A DNA stretch of 16,285 nucleotides from a bacterium. Lineage in GTDB: Bacteria; Sysuimicrobiota; Sysuimicrobiia; Sysuimicrobiales; Kaftiobacteriaceae. Location of the stretch: NCBI GenBank assembly GCA_044868695.1, contig JBIOWP010000020.1, positions 1 through 16,285 on the forward strand, written 5' to 3'. Shown piece by piece: positions 7,658-14,921 of the stretch. Made by a program: the position numbers and the translations under genes. Within the stretch, counting starts at the first letter, position 1; each line of letters opens with the position of its first letter. A model generated the notes under the pieces. The model was given only the letters and a program-made list of their open reading frames with translations. It was not told where the DNA came from and did no database searches.

Positions 7658-8746
7658 ATGGACTACCGGCGGCGCGTGGACGGTGCGAGAGAGGCAATGG
7701 CCCGTGGCGAGATTGAGTTGCTGGTGATCCCGCCGGGGGACGACCTGCGGTATCTCGCGGGATTCTCCACGCTGGCCGATGAACGGCCGACCTATCTGTT
7801 CGTCACAGCCGACTCCGCATTCAGTATTATGCCCGAGCTCAACGCGGCCCAGGCCAGGGCGCACCTGGCCGACGGGATGCTGACCTACGGCGACGCCGAG
7901 GGACCGGCCAAGGTCCTGGCCGCGGCTCGCCGCCGTCTGGGTGCACCTCGCCGGATCGGCGTCGGGGACACGATGCGCGCGGACGCGCTGCTCCTGCTAC
8001 AGCAGCAGTGGAACGGCGCGGCCTTCGTCCCCGCGTCAGAGGTCCTGGCGCCGCTTCGGATGCGCAAGGGCCCCGAGGAAATCGCGGCGCTCCGCCGGGC
8101 CGCGGGAACTGCTGATGCCGCGGTCCAGGCGGCGTGCCGGGCCTGCCGGCCCGGCGCGGCCGAAGCCGACGTCGCCGCAGCGGCGGACGCCGCGTTCCGC
8201 GCCGCGGGCGCCGCAGAAGTGAAGTTCGCGATCGTCGGCACCGGGCCCAACAGCGCCTTCCCGCATCACCACACGGGCGCGCGGCGCGCGCAGCCCGGGG
8301 AGCCCGTGCTCTTCGACCTGGGCAGCCGGGTCGACGGGTACTGCTCCGACATCACCCGGATGGCCTTCGTGGGGGCACCGAGCGCACGGTACCGCGAGGT
8401 CCACGCCGCCGTCGAGGACGCCGTGCAGGCGGCGCTGGCCGCGATCCGGCCCGGCGTGCCGATCAAAGACATCGACCTGGCCGCCCGAAAGACAATTGAG
8501 CGGGCGGGGCATGGGGCCCAGTTCGTGCACCGGACCGGCCACGGCATCGGCCTCTCTGAGCATGAGCCGCCGTCGATCACGCACACGAACGAGCTGCCGC
8601 TCGAAGCGGGAATGGTGTTCAGCGTGGAGCCCGGGATCTACCTGTCTGGGGAGTTCGGGGTGCGCCTCGAGGAGATCGTCGTAGTGACGCCGCGCGGCGC
8701 CGAGGTGCTGAGCGCTCTGCCGCGCGACGTCACAGTCATTTCGTAA
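7658..8746 (+). CDS. M24 family metallopeptidase (Xaa-Pro aminopeptidase/prolidase, PepQ/PepP-like), 362 aa
   Basis: True start ATG 7658 after GGAGG (7646-7650). Creatinase-type N-domain (DLRYLAGF), RMRKGPEEI, metal-site motifs FDLG, GYCSDITR, HRTGHGIG..HE, VEPGIY, GVRLEE. Confidence 0.93.
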   Translation: MDYRRRVDGAREAMARGEIELLVIPPGDDLRYLAGFSTLADERPTYLFVTADSAFSIMPELNAAQARAHLADGMLTYGDAEGPAKVLAAARRRLGAPRRIGVGDTMRADALLLLQQQWNGAAFVPASEVLAPLRMRKGPEEIAALRRAAGTADAAVQAACRACRPGAAEADVAAAADAAFRAAGAAEVKFAIVGTGPNSAFPHHHTGARRAQPGEPVLFDLGSRVDGYCSDITRMAFVGAPSARYREVHAAVEDAVQAALAAIRPGVPIKDIDLAARKTIERAGHGAQFVHRTGHGIGLSEHEPPSITHTNELPLEAGMVFSVEPGIYLSGEFGVRLEEIVVVTPRGAEVLSALPRDVTVIS

Positions 8747-8780
8747 CTGTAGAGACTGTGCAGACCGTGGTGGGGTGTTC

Positions 8781-10046
8781 CTATTTGAGGGCGCTCGCGA
8801 AGTTCACGCGCCCGTACTTCCAGTAGACGCCGCTGCCGACAATCCGGTCGGCGGTGCTCTCGATGGTATTCCGCACGCAGGTATTCGTGTTGCATGTTCC
8901 CCGGGCCCAGATTAGAGCGGCCAGCCCCGCCACGTGGGGCGCCGCCATCGAGGTCCCGCTCATCGCGTCGTATCCAGGAGAGATGCCGTACCAGTAGCAC
9001 AGGAAACAGGTGTTGTAGTCGTCCTGGATCGTCGACAGGATCCGCACACCGGGCGCGGCCACGTCGACCCAGTCGGCTCCATAACTGGAAAATGAGGCCA
9101 TCGCGTCCGCCTCGTCCGTCGCGGCCACGGCGATGCACGCGGTGTAAGCGGCGGGGTAGGTCCTGATCGGCGTGCCGCCGTTGCCGGCGGCGCAGACCAG
9201 CACCGCGCCTTTGCTCCACGCGTAGTTCACCGCCCGCTCCAGCGTCTTGCTGGTCTGAGATCCACCTAGGCTGATGTTGATGACCTTGGCGCCGGCGTCG
9301 GCGGCCCAGCGAATGCCGTCCGCCACCGCCGCGTACGTCCCCGATGCCGAATAGTCCAGCACTTTCGCGGCGAGGAGTTCGACCGTCCCGTTCGCTCCCG
9401 CGATGCCGGTGCCGTTGTTGGTGCACGCGCCGATCGTGCCGGCGACGTGGGTCCCGTGGCCGTTCTCATCGTTGTTCGATTCTGTGGTCACGAAGTTCTG
9501 GACCAGCACAGAGCGACAGCTCACCAGGTCCTCGTGCCCGGTCGGGTCCGGAATGATGTATCCGGGATTTCCAATATCGATTCCGCTGTCGACCACGGCG
9601 ACTTTCACTACACCGCTAAGCGGGACGTCCCAGGCCTGATAGGCCTGCACCTTCGCCCAGGCCCACTGGGTGGTGCAGGCGCCGTCGCTGGTGGGATAGC
9701 AGGTCGAATTGTCATAGGGATCGTCGGGTTCGTAGAATGCGCGCGCGATTCTGTTCGGTTCGGCGAAACGCACGCGGGAGTCAGTGCTGAGGATGGCCAC
9801 GGCGGTGTCGACCATGCCCGCCGGCACTTTGGCCACGTAGACGTCCAGCCCCTTGATGTACTTGACTACGTCCCCGGCCACCATATCTAGCAGGAGGTTC
9901 ACGTTGGTCCCGGGCTTGACGTTGAGGAGGACTTCGTCAGGAACGTACGATCCAACCGGACCCGACCCGGTCGCGCCGCTGCCCGGCCCGGCAGCGAGGA
10001 AGGGCAGGACGACCAGCATCACGAGGACGATCCCAGCCCGTCTCAT
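8781..10046 (-). CDS. Secreted S8 family serine peptidase (thermitase-like), paralog 2
   Basis: Signal peptide and prodomain ending VRFAEPN. Triad VAVVDSG / NGHGTHVAG / SGTSMAAPHVAG. GAGGTG RBS upstream. Confidence 0.96.
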   Translation of the reverse strand: MRRAGIVLVMLVVLPFLAAGPGSGATGSGPVGSYVPDEVLLNVKPGTNVNLLLDMVAGDVVKYIKGLDVYVAKVPAGMVDTAVAILSTDSRVRFAEPNRIARAFYEPDDPYDNSTCYPTSDGACTTQWAWAKVQAYQAWDVPLSGVVKVAVVDSGIDIGNPGYIIPDPTGHEDLVSCRSVLVQNFVTTESNNDENGHGTHVAGTIGACTNNGTGIAGANGTVELLAAKVLDYSASGTYAAVADGIRWAADAGAKVINISLGGSQTSKTLERAVNYAWSKGAVLVCAAGNGGTPIRTYPAAYTACIAVAATDEADAMASFSSYGADWVDVAAPGVRILSTIQDDYNTCFLCYWYGISPGYDAMSGTSMAAPHVAGLAALIWARGTCNTNTCVRNTIESTADRIVGSGVYWKYGRVNFASALK

Positions 10047-10217
10047 TTGGATCTACACCTCTTGTCAGCGGTCTCGCGCGGGACACTGCCGGCACGGATT
10101 GGGAATGTGGCTGCAGTTGAGACAATCGGCCATTCCCGGCGGGGGATGAGCGGCAGGCACCGGTCCCCGAGGTTCGGTGCAAGGTTGAGAGAAGATTTGC
10201 GGGTTCTTTGCCTCACG

Positions 10218-11162
10218 TCAGGCGGCGCGAGACAGCACGAAGCCGAGGGACAGGAGCAGCCCGATCCGCTGGTGGAGCTGGGCCGCCGCGCGGATGCCCC
10301 CTGTGGTCAGCGCGAGCGGCGCGGACTCGCCTCTGACCACCGTCCACGTGCGGGCGGCCTGCGGGATAGTGAGGGCGGTAAGGACCGCAGCGGGGGGTAG
10401 GACGCGGGCCCAGATGCCCCAGGCGACCGCGAGGTACGCTCCCACTACGAGGACCAGAAAGTGCGCCCGCGTCAGGGACGGGCCGATGAACGTCGCCAGC
10501 GTGCGCTTCCCCCTGGCCAGATCTCCGTCCAGATCGCGCAGGTTGTTCACCACGAGTATCGCATCGACGAGCGCGGCCAGTGGGAGCGCGGCCCAGAGCA
10601 CGGGGGTGGTGACCTGCGCGGTCTGCACGTAGTAAGCGCCGCCGGTCGCCACCAGCCCCATAAAGATGAAGACAACGAGATCGCCGAGGCCCACGTAGCC
10701 CAACGGCAGCGGGCCCCCCGTGTAGGTGTAGCCGGCCGCTACACTGAGGAGGCCGATCAGCAGGATCGGCCAGCCGCGCGCGGCGATGAGCGCCACTCCC
10801 AGGAGGGCGCCGAGCGCAAACAAGACAATCGCGCCGGTTCGCACCGCTCGCGGCGGCAGCAGCCCCTGTTGGATGACCCCGCTGGGACCGATCGACTCAA
10901 ACGTGTCCACGCCGCGTATGTGATCAAAGTAGTCGTTGGCGAGGTTGGCGCCGGCATGGATGGCGACCGCCGCGCCCAGGGCGGCCAGGAAGAGACCGGG
11001 CGAGAAGCGGCCCTCGGCGAACGCCACCGACGAGCCCACCAGCACCGGCGTCGTCGAGGCCGTAAACGAGAACGGACGGACGGCCCGCCACCAGACGCGC
11101 ACCCACCGGGCTCCGGGCTTCGGGCTCCGGGGCCCGGGGCCCGAGGCCCGTGAGTTTGTCAT
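10218..11162 (-). CDS. menA: 1,4-dihydroxy-2-naphthoate polyprenyltransferase (MenA, UbiA superfamily), 314 aa
   Basis: Start ATG 11162 overlaps the permease stop (ATGA). AVRPFSFTAS, NLANDYFD..GVD, YTGGPLPLGYVGLGD, NNLRDLDGDLARGKRTLA are MenA-type motifs; many transmembrane helices. Confidence 0.9.
   Translation of the reverse strand: MTNSRASGPGPRSPKPGARWVRVWWRAVRPFSFTASTTPVLVGSSVAFAEGRFSPGLFLAALGAAVAIHAGANLANDYFDHIRGVDTFESIGPSGVIQQGLLPPRAVRTGAIVLFALGALLGVALIAARGWPILLIGLLSVAAGYTYTGGPLPLGYVGLGDLVVFIFMGLVATGGAYYVQTAQVTTPVLWAALPLAALVDAILVVNNLRDLDGDLARGKRTLATFIGPSLTRAHFLVLVVGAYLAVAWGIWARVLPPAAVLTALTIPQAARTWTVVRGESAPLALTTGGIRAAAQLHQRIGLLLSLGFVLSRAA
11107..11148. repeat. Six heptamer tandem units with internal inverted symmetry in the 5' end of menA
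   Basis: CGGGCTC CGGGCTT CGGGCTC CGGGGCC CGGGGCC CGAGGCC. Confidence 0.75.
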
Positions 11163-11911
11163 GTCCGCCACGGCAGCGCCTTGCGCTCGAGCCACTCGAG
11201 CGCGATCGTGGCCAGCCACCCCAGCGCGGCGGTCACCAGCAGCCCGGCGAACATCACCTCGATGGAAAAAATCTGATACGCGCGCCAGATGAGAAACCCG
11301 ATCCCCGCATCCGATCCCAGCAGCTCGGCGCCCACGATGACGATCAGGGCGAACCCCATCCCCAGCTTCAACCCCGTGAAGATGGACGGGAGCGCGCCCG
11401 GCCACGCGATCGTCGTAAAGACGTCGACCGGTCGCGCGCCGTAGGCGCGGGCGATGTTGAAGTACGCCCGGTCCAACCCCAGCACGCCCGCCATCGTATT
11501 GAGCAGGACGAGAAAGAAGATGCTGAGCGCCACGATGCTGATCTTCGACGCCTCTCCAATCCCAAGGTAGAAGATGATCAGCGGATAGACGGCGATCTTC
11601 GGAATCGGATAGATCGCCGCGACGATCGGCATCGCCAGGGCGCGCACGAACCGGTTGAGTCCCATCGCCAGGCCCAACGCCACTGCCGGCGCGGCTCCCA
11701 GGAGGAAGCCGGCCAGAATGCGCCGGACGCTCACCCCGATGTGGAACGGCAATACGCCGGTGCCGGTCAGCTCTGCGAGCGTCCGCAGGATGGTGGTCGG
11801 CGGAGGCACGAACCGCGGATCCAGCACGCCGGTGCGGCTGAGCACCTCCCAGACGGCGAGCAGTCCCAGAGGGGAGATCGCGGCCAGCCACCGCTCCGCC
11901 CCGCGCCTCAT
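11159..11911 (-). CDS. NitT/TauT (SsuC/TauC-like) ABC transporter permease, 250 aa
   Basis: Start ATG 11911 (ATGA overlap with the ATPase stop). WE..SR, VPPPTTI, YPIPKIA, GIGEASK, PGALPSIFTGLKLG, AELLGSDAGIGFLI. Confidence 0.92.
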   Translation of the reverse strand: MRRGAERWLAAISPLGLLAVWEVLSRTGVLDPRFVPPPTTILRTLAELTGTGVLPFHIGVSVRRILAGFLLGAAPAVALGLAMGLNRFVRALAMPIVAAIYPIPKIAVYPLIIFYLGIGEASKISIVALSIFFLVLLNTMAGVLGLDRAYFNIARAYGARPVDVFTTIAWPGALPSIFTGLKLGMGFALIVIVGAELLGSDAGIGFLIWRAYQIFSIEVMFAGLLVTAALGWLATIALEWLERKALPWRT

Positions 11912-12705
11912 CGCCGTCCCGTCCTGAGCACTTCCTCGCGCAGTTCGCCCCACAGTCGCGCGCTCAACGCGCCGTAGGCCGGATCCCGGCGTATGATCTG
12001 GAAGTCACGGGGCCGTCCGAATGGCACCGGCACCTCCGAGATGATGCGCCCCGGCGCCGCGCTCATGAGCAGGACGCGGTCGGCCAGCCGGATGGCTTCG
12101 TCGAGGCTGTGGGTGACGAAGAGGACCGTCGTGCGGTCCTCCTGCCAGATGTGGAGGAGCTCGTCCTGCAGCAGCAGGCGGTTTTGCTCGTCGAGGCTGG
12201 CGAAGGGCTCATCCATCAGCAGGATGTCGGGATCGGTCGCGAGCGCCCGGGCGATGCTCACGCGCTGGCGCATCCCTTCGGACAGCTGGTGGGGAAAGGC
12301 ATCGGCAAACTCCAGGAGCCCGACGCGGACCAGGTGATGCCGCGCGCGCTCGGCGCGCTCCTTCGCGCCCACGCCGGCAAGGCGCAGGCCGTAGGCAGCG
12401 TTGTCCAGCACCGTCATCCAGGGCAGGGTACTGATGCCCTGGAAGACGAGGGTGGTCGTCCCCCCGCCGGCGTGACGCCGGGGGATGCTGGCAGTGCCGC
12501 CGGTCGGCTCCGTCAGCCCGGCAAGGATGTGCAGCAGCGTGGTCTTCCCACAGCCGGAGGGACCGATCAGCGCGACGAACTCCCCTTCGCGCACCGCAAA
12601 GGTGACGTCCCGCAGCGCGACAAACGGCCCCCGCCGTCCGGGGTAGACGTGGGTCAGGCCGTTGACGTCGATCCGCGCCGCGTGGGGCGGCGCCGCTGCG
12701 ATCAT
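11908..12705 (-). CDS. NitT/TauT (SsuB/TauB-like) ABC transporter ATP-binding protein
   Basis: GPSGCGKTT, VFQ..LPW.TV.DN, FPHQLSEGMRQRV, LLMDEPFASLD, FVTHSLDEA, PFGRPR. Confidence 0.94.
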   Translation of the reverse strand: MIAAAPPHAARIDVNGLTHVYPGRRGPFVALRDVTFAVREGEFVALIGPSGCGKTTLLHILAGLTEPTGGTASIPRRHAGGGTTTLVFQGISTLPWMTVLDNAAYGLRLAGVGAKERAERARHHLVRVGLLEFADAFPHQLSEGMRQRVSIARALATDPDILLMDEPFASLDEQNRLLLQDELLHIWQEDRTTVLFVTHSLDEAIRLADRVLLMSAAPGRIISEVPVPFGRPRDFQIIRRDPAYGALSARLWGELREEVLRTGRR

Positions 12706-13715
12706 CTCCCCGCAAATGGGCCGATGATGGTCAGCGCCTGGCGCACGAATGACGTGTCGATGTACGTGGCGGGATCCAGCGGCTTCTCATAGGTCAGCGA
12801 TCCGCGCTTGCGGAAGAACTCCTGCAGGCGTTTGAAGTCGTTGAAGTTCATCCGGCCGTCGGGTTCGTGGAAGGGCGGCCGGGCCTTTTTCACCACCGTC
12901 GCCGGAACACCGGTGTACTTTTCGACGATGCGGGCGATCTCGTCCCGGCGATAGCCGTCCCCGTACAGATCTCGCGAGGCCCGCAGCCAGGCCACCATGA
13001 ACCCCGCCGCCTGCTTGGGAAAGCGGCGGATGAAGTCGCCGCTGTAGTAGACTGCCGTCACCTGGACGCCGTCCACGAAATCCTGGCTCAGCCGGACGAT
13101 CTGGCCCTGCTCCTCGGCGAGTGTGGTGAGCGGTTCACCCAGCAGGCCGGCGGCGATGGCGCCGTTGGCGAGAGCCGCGGGAACCTCCGGGAAGTTCACC
13201 GCCACGAGCTGGACATCGTCGATCGTCAGCCCGCCGCGCAGCAGGGCGCTGTGCAGCCAGAATTCCGTGGCCGACCCGACGACGTTCACGGAGACTTTCT
13301 TCCCGCGCAGGTCCGCCACGGACCGGATCTCCCCGCTGTCGTAGGCCTTCTTGCTCACGACCAGCGGCGTGCTGACCGGCGGCTTCTCGCTGTGCACCGG
13401 CCCGACGACCTTGAAATCCAATCCGCGCGAGGCGGCGTTGAACAGCGCGGCCCCCAGGCCGCCGATGACGACCTCGGCGCGCCCGCTGGCCAGCACGACG
13501 AACGAGGACGCGCCTCCGGGCGTGCCGATGAGCTCGGCGTCGATGCCTTGCTCCGCAAAGTAGCCGCGCTCGATCGCGACGTACAGGGGAGCGAAAATCA
13601 GCACCGGCACGTGCACGACGCGCACCTTCACCGGCGGCGCCTGCGCGTCCACCGGGGCGCTCCACGTTCCCGCCAGCAGCAGGACAACGATCAGAACTAT
13701 CAAGTTGTGCGTCAT
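12702..13715 (-). CDS. NitT/TauT family ABC substrate-binding protein (NMT1/THI5/SsuA-like), 337 aa
   Basis: Start ATG 13715 (ATGA overlap with the upstream stop). Signal peptide MTHNLIVLIVVLLLAGTWSAPVDA; APLYVAIERGYFAEQGID, SVADLRGKKV, ALANGAI, EP. Confidence 0.92.
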   Translation of the reverse strand: MTHNLIVLIVVLLLAGTWSAPVDAQAPPVKVRVVHVPVLIFAPLYVAIERGYFAEQGIDAELIGTPGGASSFVVLASGRAEVVIGGLGAALFNAASRGLDFKVVGPVHSEKPPVSTPLVVSKKAYDSGEIRSVADLRGKKVSVNVVGSATEFWLHSALLRGGLTIDDVQLVAVNFPEVPAALANGAIAAGLLGEPLTTLAEEQGQIVRLSQDFVDGVQVTAVYYSGDFIRRFPKQAAGFMVAWLRASRDLYGDGYRRDEIARIVEKYTGVPATVVKKARPPFHEPDGRMNFNDFKRLQEFFRKRGSLTYEKPLDPATYIDTSFVRQALTIIGPFAGR

Positions 13716-14176
13716 TGCGCAAACCTCCAGACCCCGTCGCGCAGCACGAGGTGCTGCCGCGGATAGATGCCCCCGCCCCGGTCGACGAAGGTCACCTCGT
13801 CGGCGTGAATGACCAGCACCGGATACTCGGGATTGGTGAAATGGCGCGTGAACTCCGGTGCAGCCTGCCGCAGCTGCTCCCGGGCCCACTGTTCATCGTC
13901 GCCGGTAACCTCGTTGACGGTCCCCACCCCCTGCAGCCAGGTATCCGCCTGCCGATCATCAACAGCGAACGCGGCGCGCGGATTGATGCGCAGGTGGGCG
14001 AGCGTCCGTGCGCGTTTGCCCTGGCAGATATAGACGTCGAGGCCGCGGGCGACGTAGAAGGCCGTCGCCGCCCACGGTTCATCCTCGTGCGAGGTTGCCA
14101 TGGTCGCCACGTGCCGCGCCGCCAGGTGGCGTTGCACCGGGCCGAGGATCTGATCGACCGTGAACTCCGGGCTCAC
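13712..14176 (-). CDS. Pyridoxamine 5'-phosphate oxidase-like (split beta-barrel flavin/deazaflavin-binding) protein, 154 aa
   Basis: GTG 14176 overlaps the tetR stop (GTGA). VATMAT...PWAATAFY..., LRINPRAAFAVD, LQGVGTV match the PNPOx/FMN split-barrel pattern. Confidence 0.8.
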   Translation of the reverse strand: MSPEFTVDQILGPVQRHLAARHVATMATSHEDEPWAATAFYVARGLDVYICQGKRARTLAHLRINPRAAFAVDDRQADTWLQGVGTVNEVTGDDEQWAREQLRQAAPEFTRHFTNPEYPVLVIHADEVTFVDRGGGIYPRQHLVLRDGVWRFAQ

Positions 14177-14763
14177 CCCTTCGCTCCGATGCTCCGCAGC
14201 AGCAGTGAGCGCAGCGCGGGCAGGCGGGCCAGCAGGTCGCCGGCTCCGGACAGCAGCCACTGCGTGATGACCTCGGTCAGCGCCCCGATCCAGGCCTGCG
14301 CCGCGAGCCCCGTATCTTGTGGCGGCACATCACCCTCGGCCACCGCACGGTCCAGATGGCGCTGGATCACGCCGGCGAAGCGCCGGTGAATCTCCAGACG
14401 CTTGTGCTCCAGCGCAGGCCCCAGGCCGACCGCCTCGATGAGCAGAATCCTGACCAGGTCGCGCCGTGCCGCCGCCGTCTCCAGCACGACCCGCAGCGCT
14501 GCTTCCACTTTGGCGAGCGCGCCGCGCTCGGAACCGATGACGCCCTCCACTCCCCGCTCGACGGCGGCGGCCATCTCATCCATGAGCGTCAGGAAGATTC
14601 CCTGCTTGCTCGGGAAATAGTGGTAAAATGCACCCTTCGACGTTCCGGACGCCGTGACAATGTCATCGACGACAGCGCCGTGGTACCCCTTGGCGGCGAA
14701 CACCTCGGCCGCGGCGGTCAAGATGCGGTCTTTGGTGGGCGTGTCGGCTCCCGTGCGGTGCAT
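14173..14763 (-). CDS. TetR/AcrR family transcriptional regulator
   Basis: TKDRILTAAAEVFAAKGYHGAVVDDIVTASGTSKGAFYHYFPSKQGIF is a TetR HTH; helical C-domain with AVAEG. Confidence 0.96.
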   Translation of the reverse strand: MHRTGADTPTKDRILTAAAEVFAAKGYHGAVVDDIVTASGTSKGAFYHYFPSKQGIFLTLMDEMAAAVERGVEGVIGSERGALAKVEAALRVVLETAAARRDLVRILLIEAVGLGPALEHKRLEIHRRFAGVIQRHLDRAVAEGDVPPQDTGLAAQAWIGALTEVITQWLLSGAGDLLARLPALRSLLLRSIGAKG

Positions 14764-14792
14764 CAGTAGGGGCGGTGGCGCCCGCGCCGAAT

Positions 14793-14810
14793 AGACCGAC
14801 GCGTCGGTCT
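14793..14810. promoter_or_regulatory. Predicted TetR operator (perfect 18-bp palindrome)
   Basis: AGACCGACGCGTCGGTCT equals its own reverse complement and lies between the predicted promoter and the tetR start. Confidence 0.8.
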
Positions 14811-14823
14811 GACCCGCGCCCCA

Positions 14824-14853
14824 ACAATAACCGAGGGCTCACAGCAGTGTCAA
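14824..14853 (-). promoter_or_regulatory. Sigma-70-type promoter of the tetR-menA operon
   Basis: Minus strand TTGACA (14853-14848), 18-nt spacer, TATTGT (14829-14824). Confidence 0.65.
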
Positions 14854-14921
14854 CCGAGTCCTCAAAAGGGTCAGGCCCTAATGAAGACGGTTCACCAGCA
14901 CGCTGGCGGGGAGGGACGTTG

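Noticed and set aside
8746..8772. Degenerate 9-bp tandem repeat ACTGTAGAG ACTGTGCAG ACCGTGGTG between convergent genes
   Set aside because: Three poorly matching units; cannot be told from chance and forms no terminator.
10190..10215. GGCAAA...CGCAAA on the minus strand, reminiscent of a c-di-GMP-I riboswitch
   Set aside because: Only about 5 nt separate the two motifs, so the GNRA-capped stem is missing and the downstream stem does not fit.
11163..11891. 557-aa ORF suggesting MenA with a long N-terminal domain
   Set aside because: The extension is an alternative frame of the permease gene (Arg/Gly-rich, no motifs). The ATGA overlap supports a start at 11162.
13716..13889. N-terminal extensions on the SBP, PNPOx (to 14260), permease (to 11953) and VOC (from 14775) ORFs
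   Set aside because: They overlap upstream genes or the operator region. Coupled starts or an RBS give better starts.
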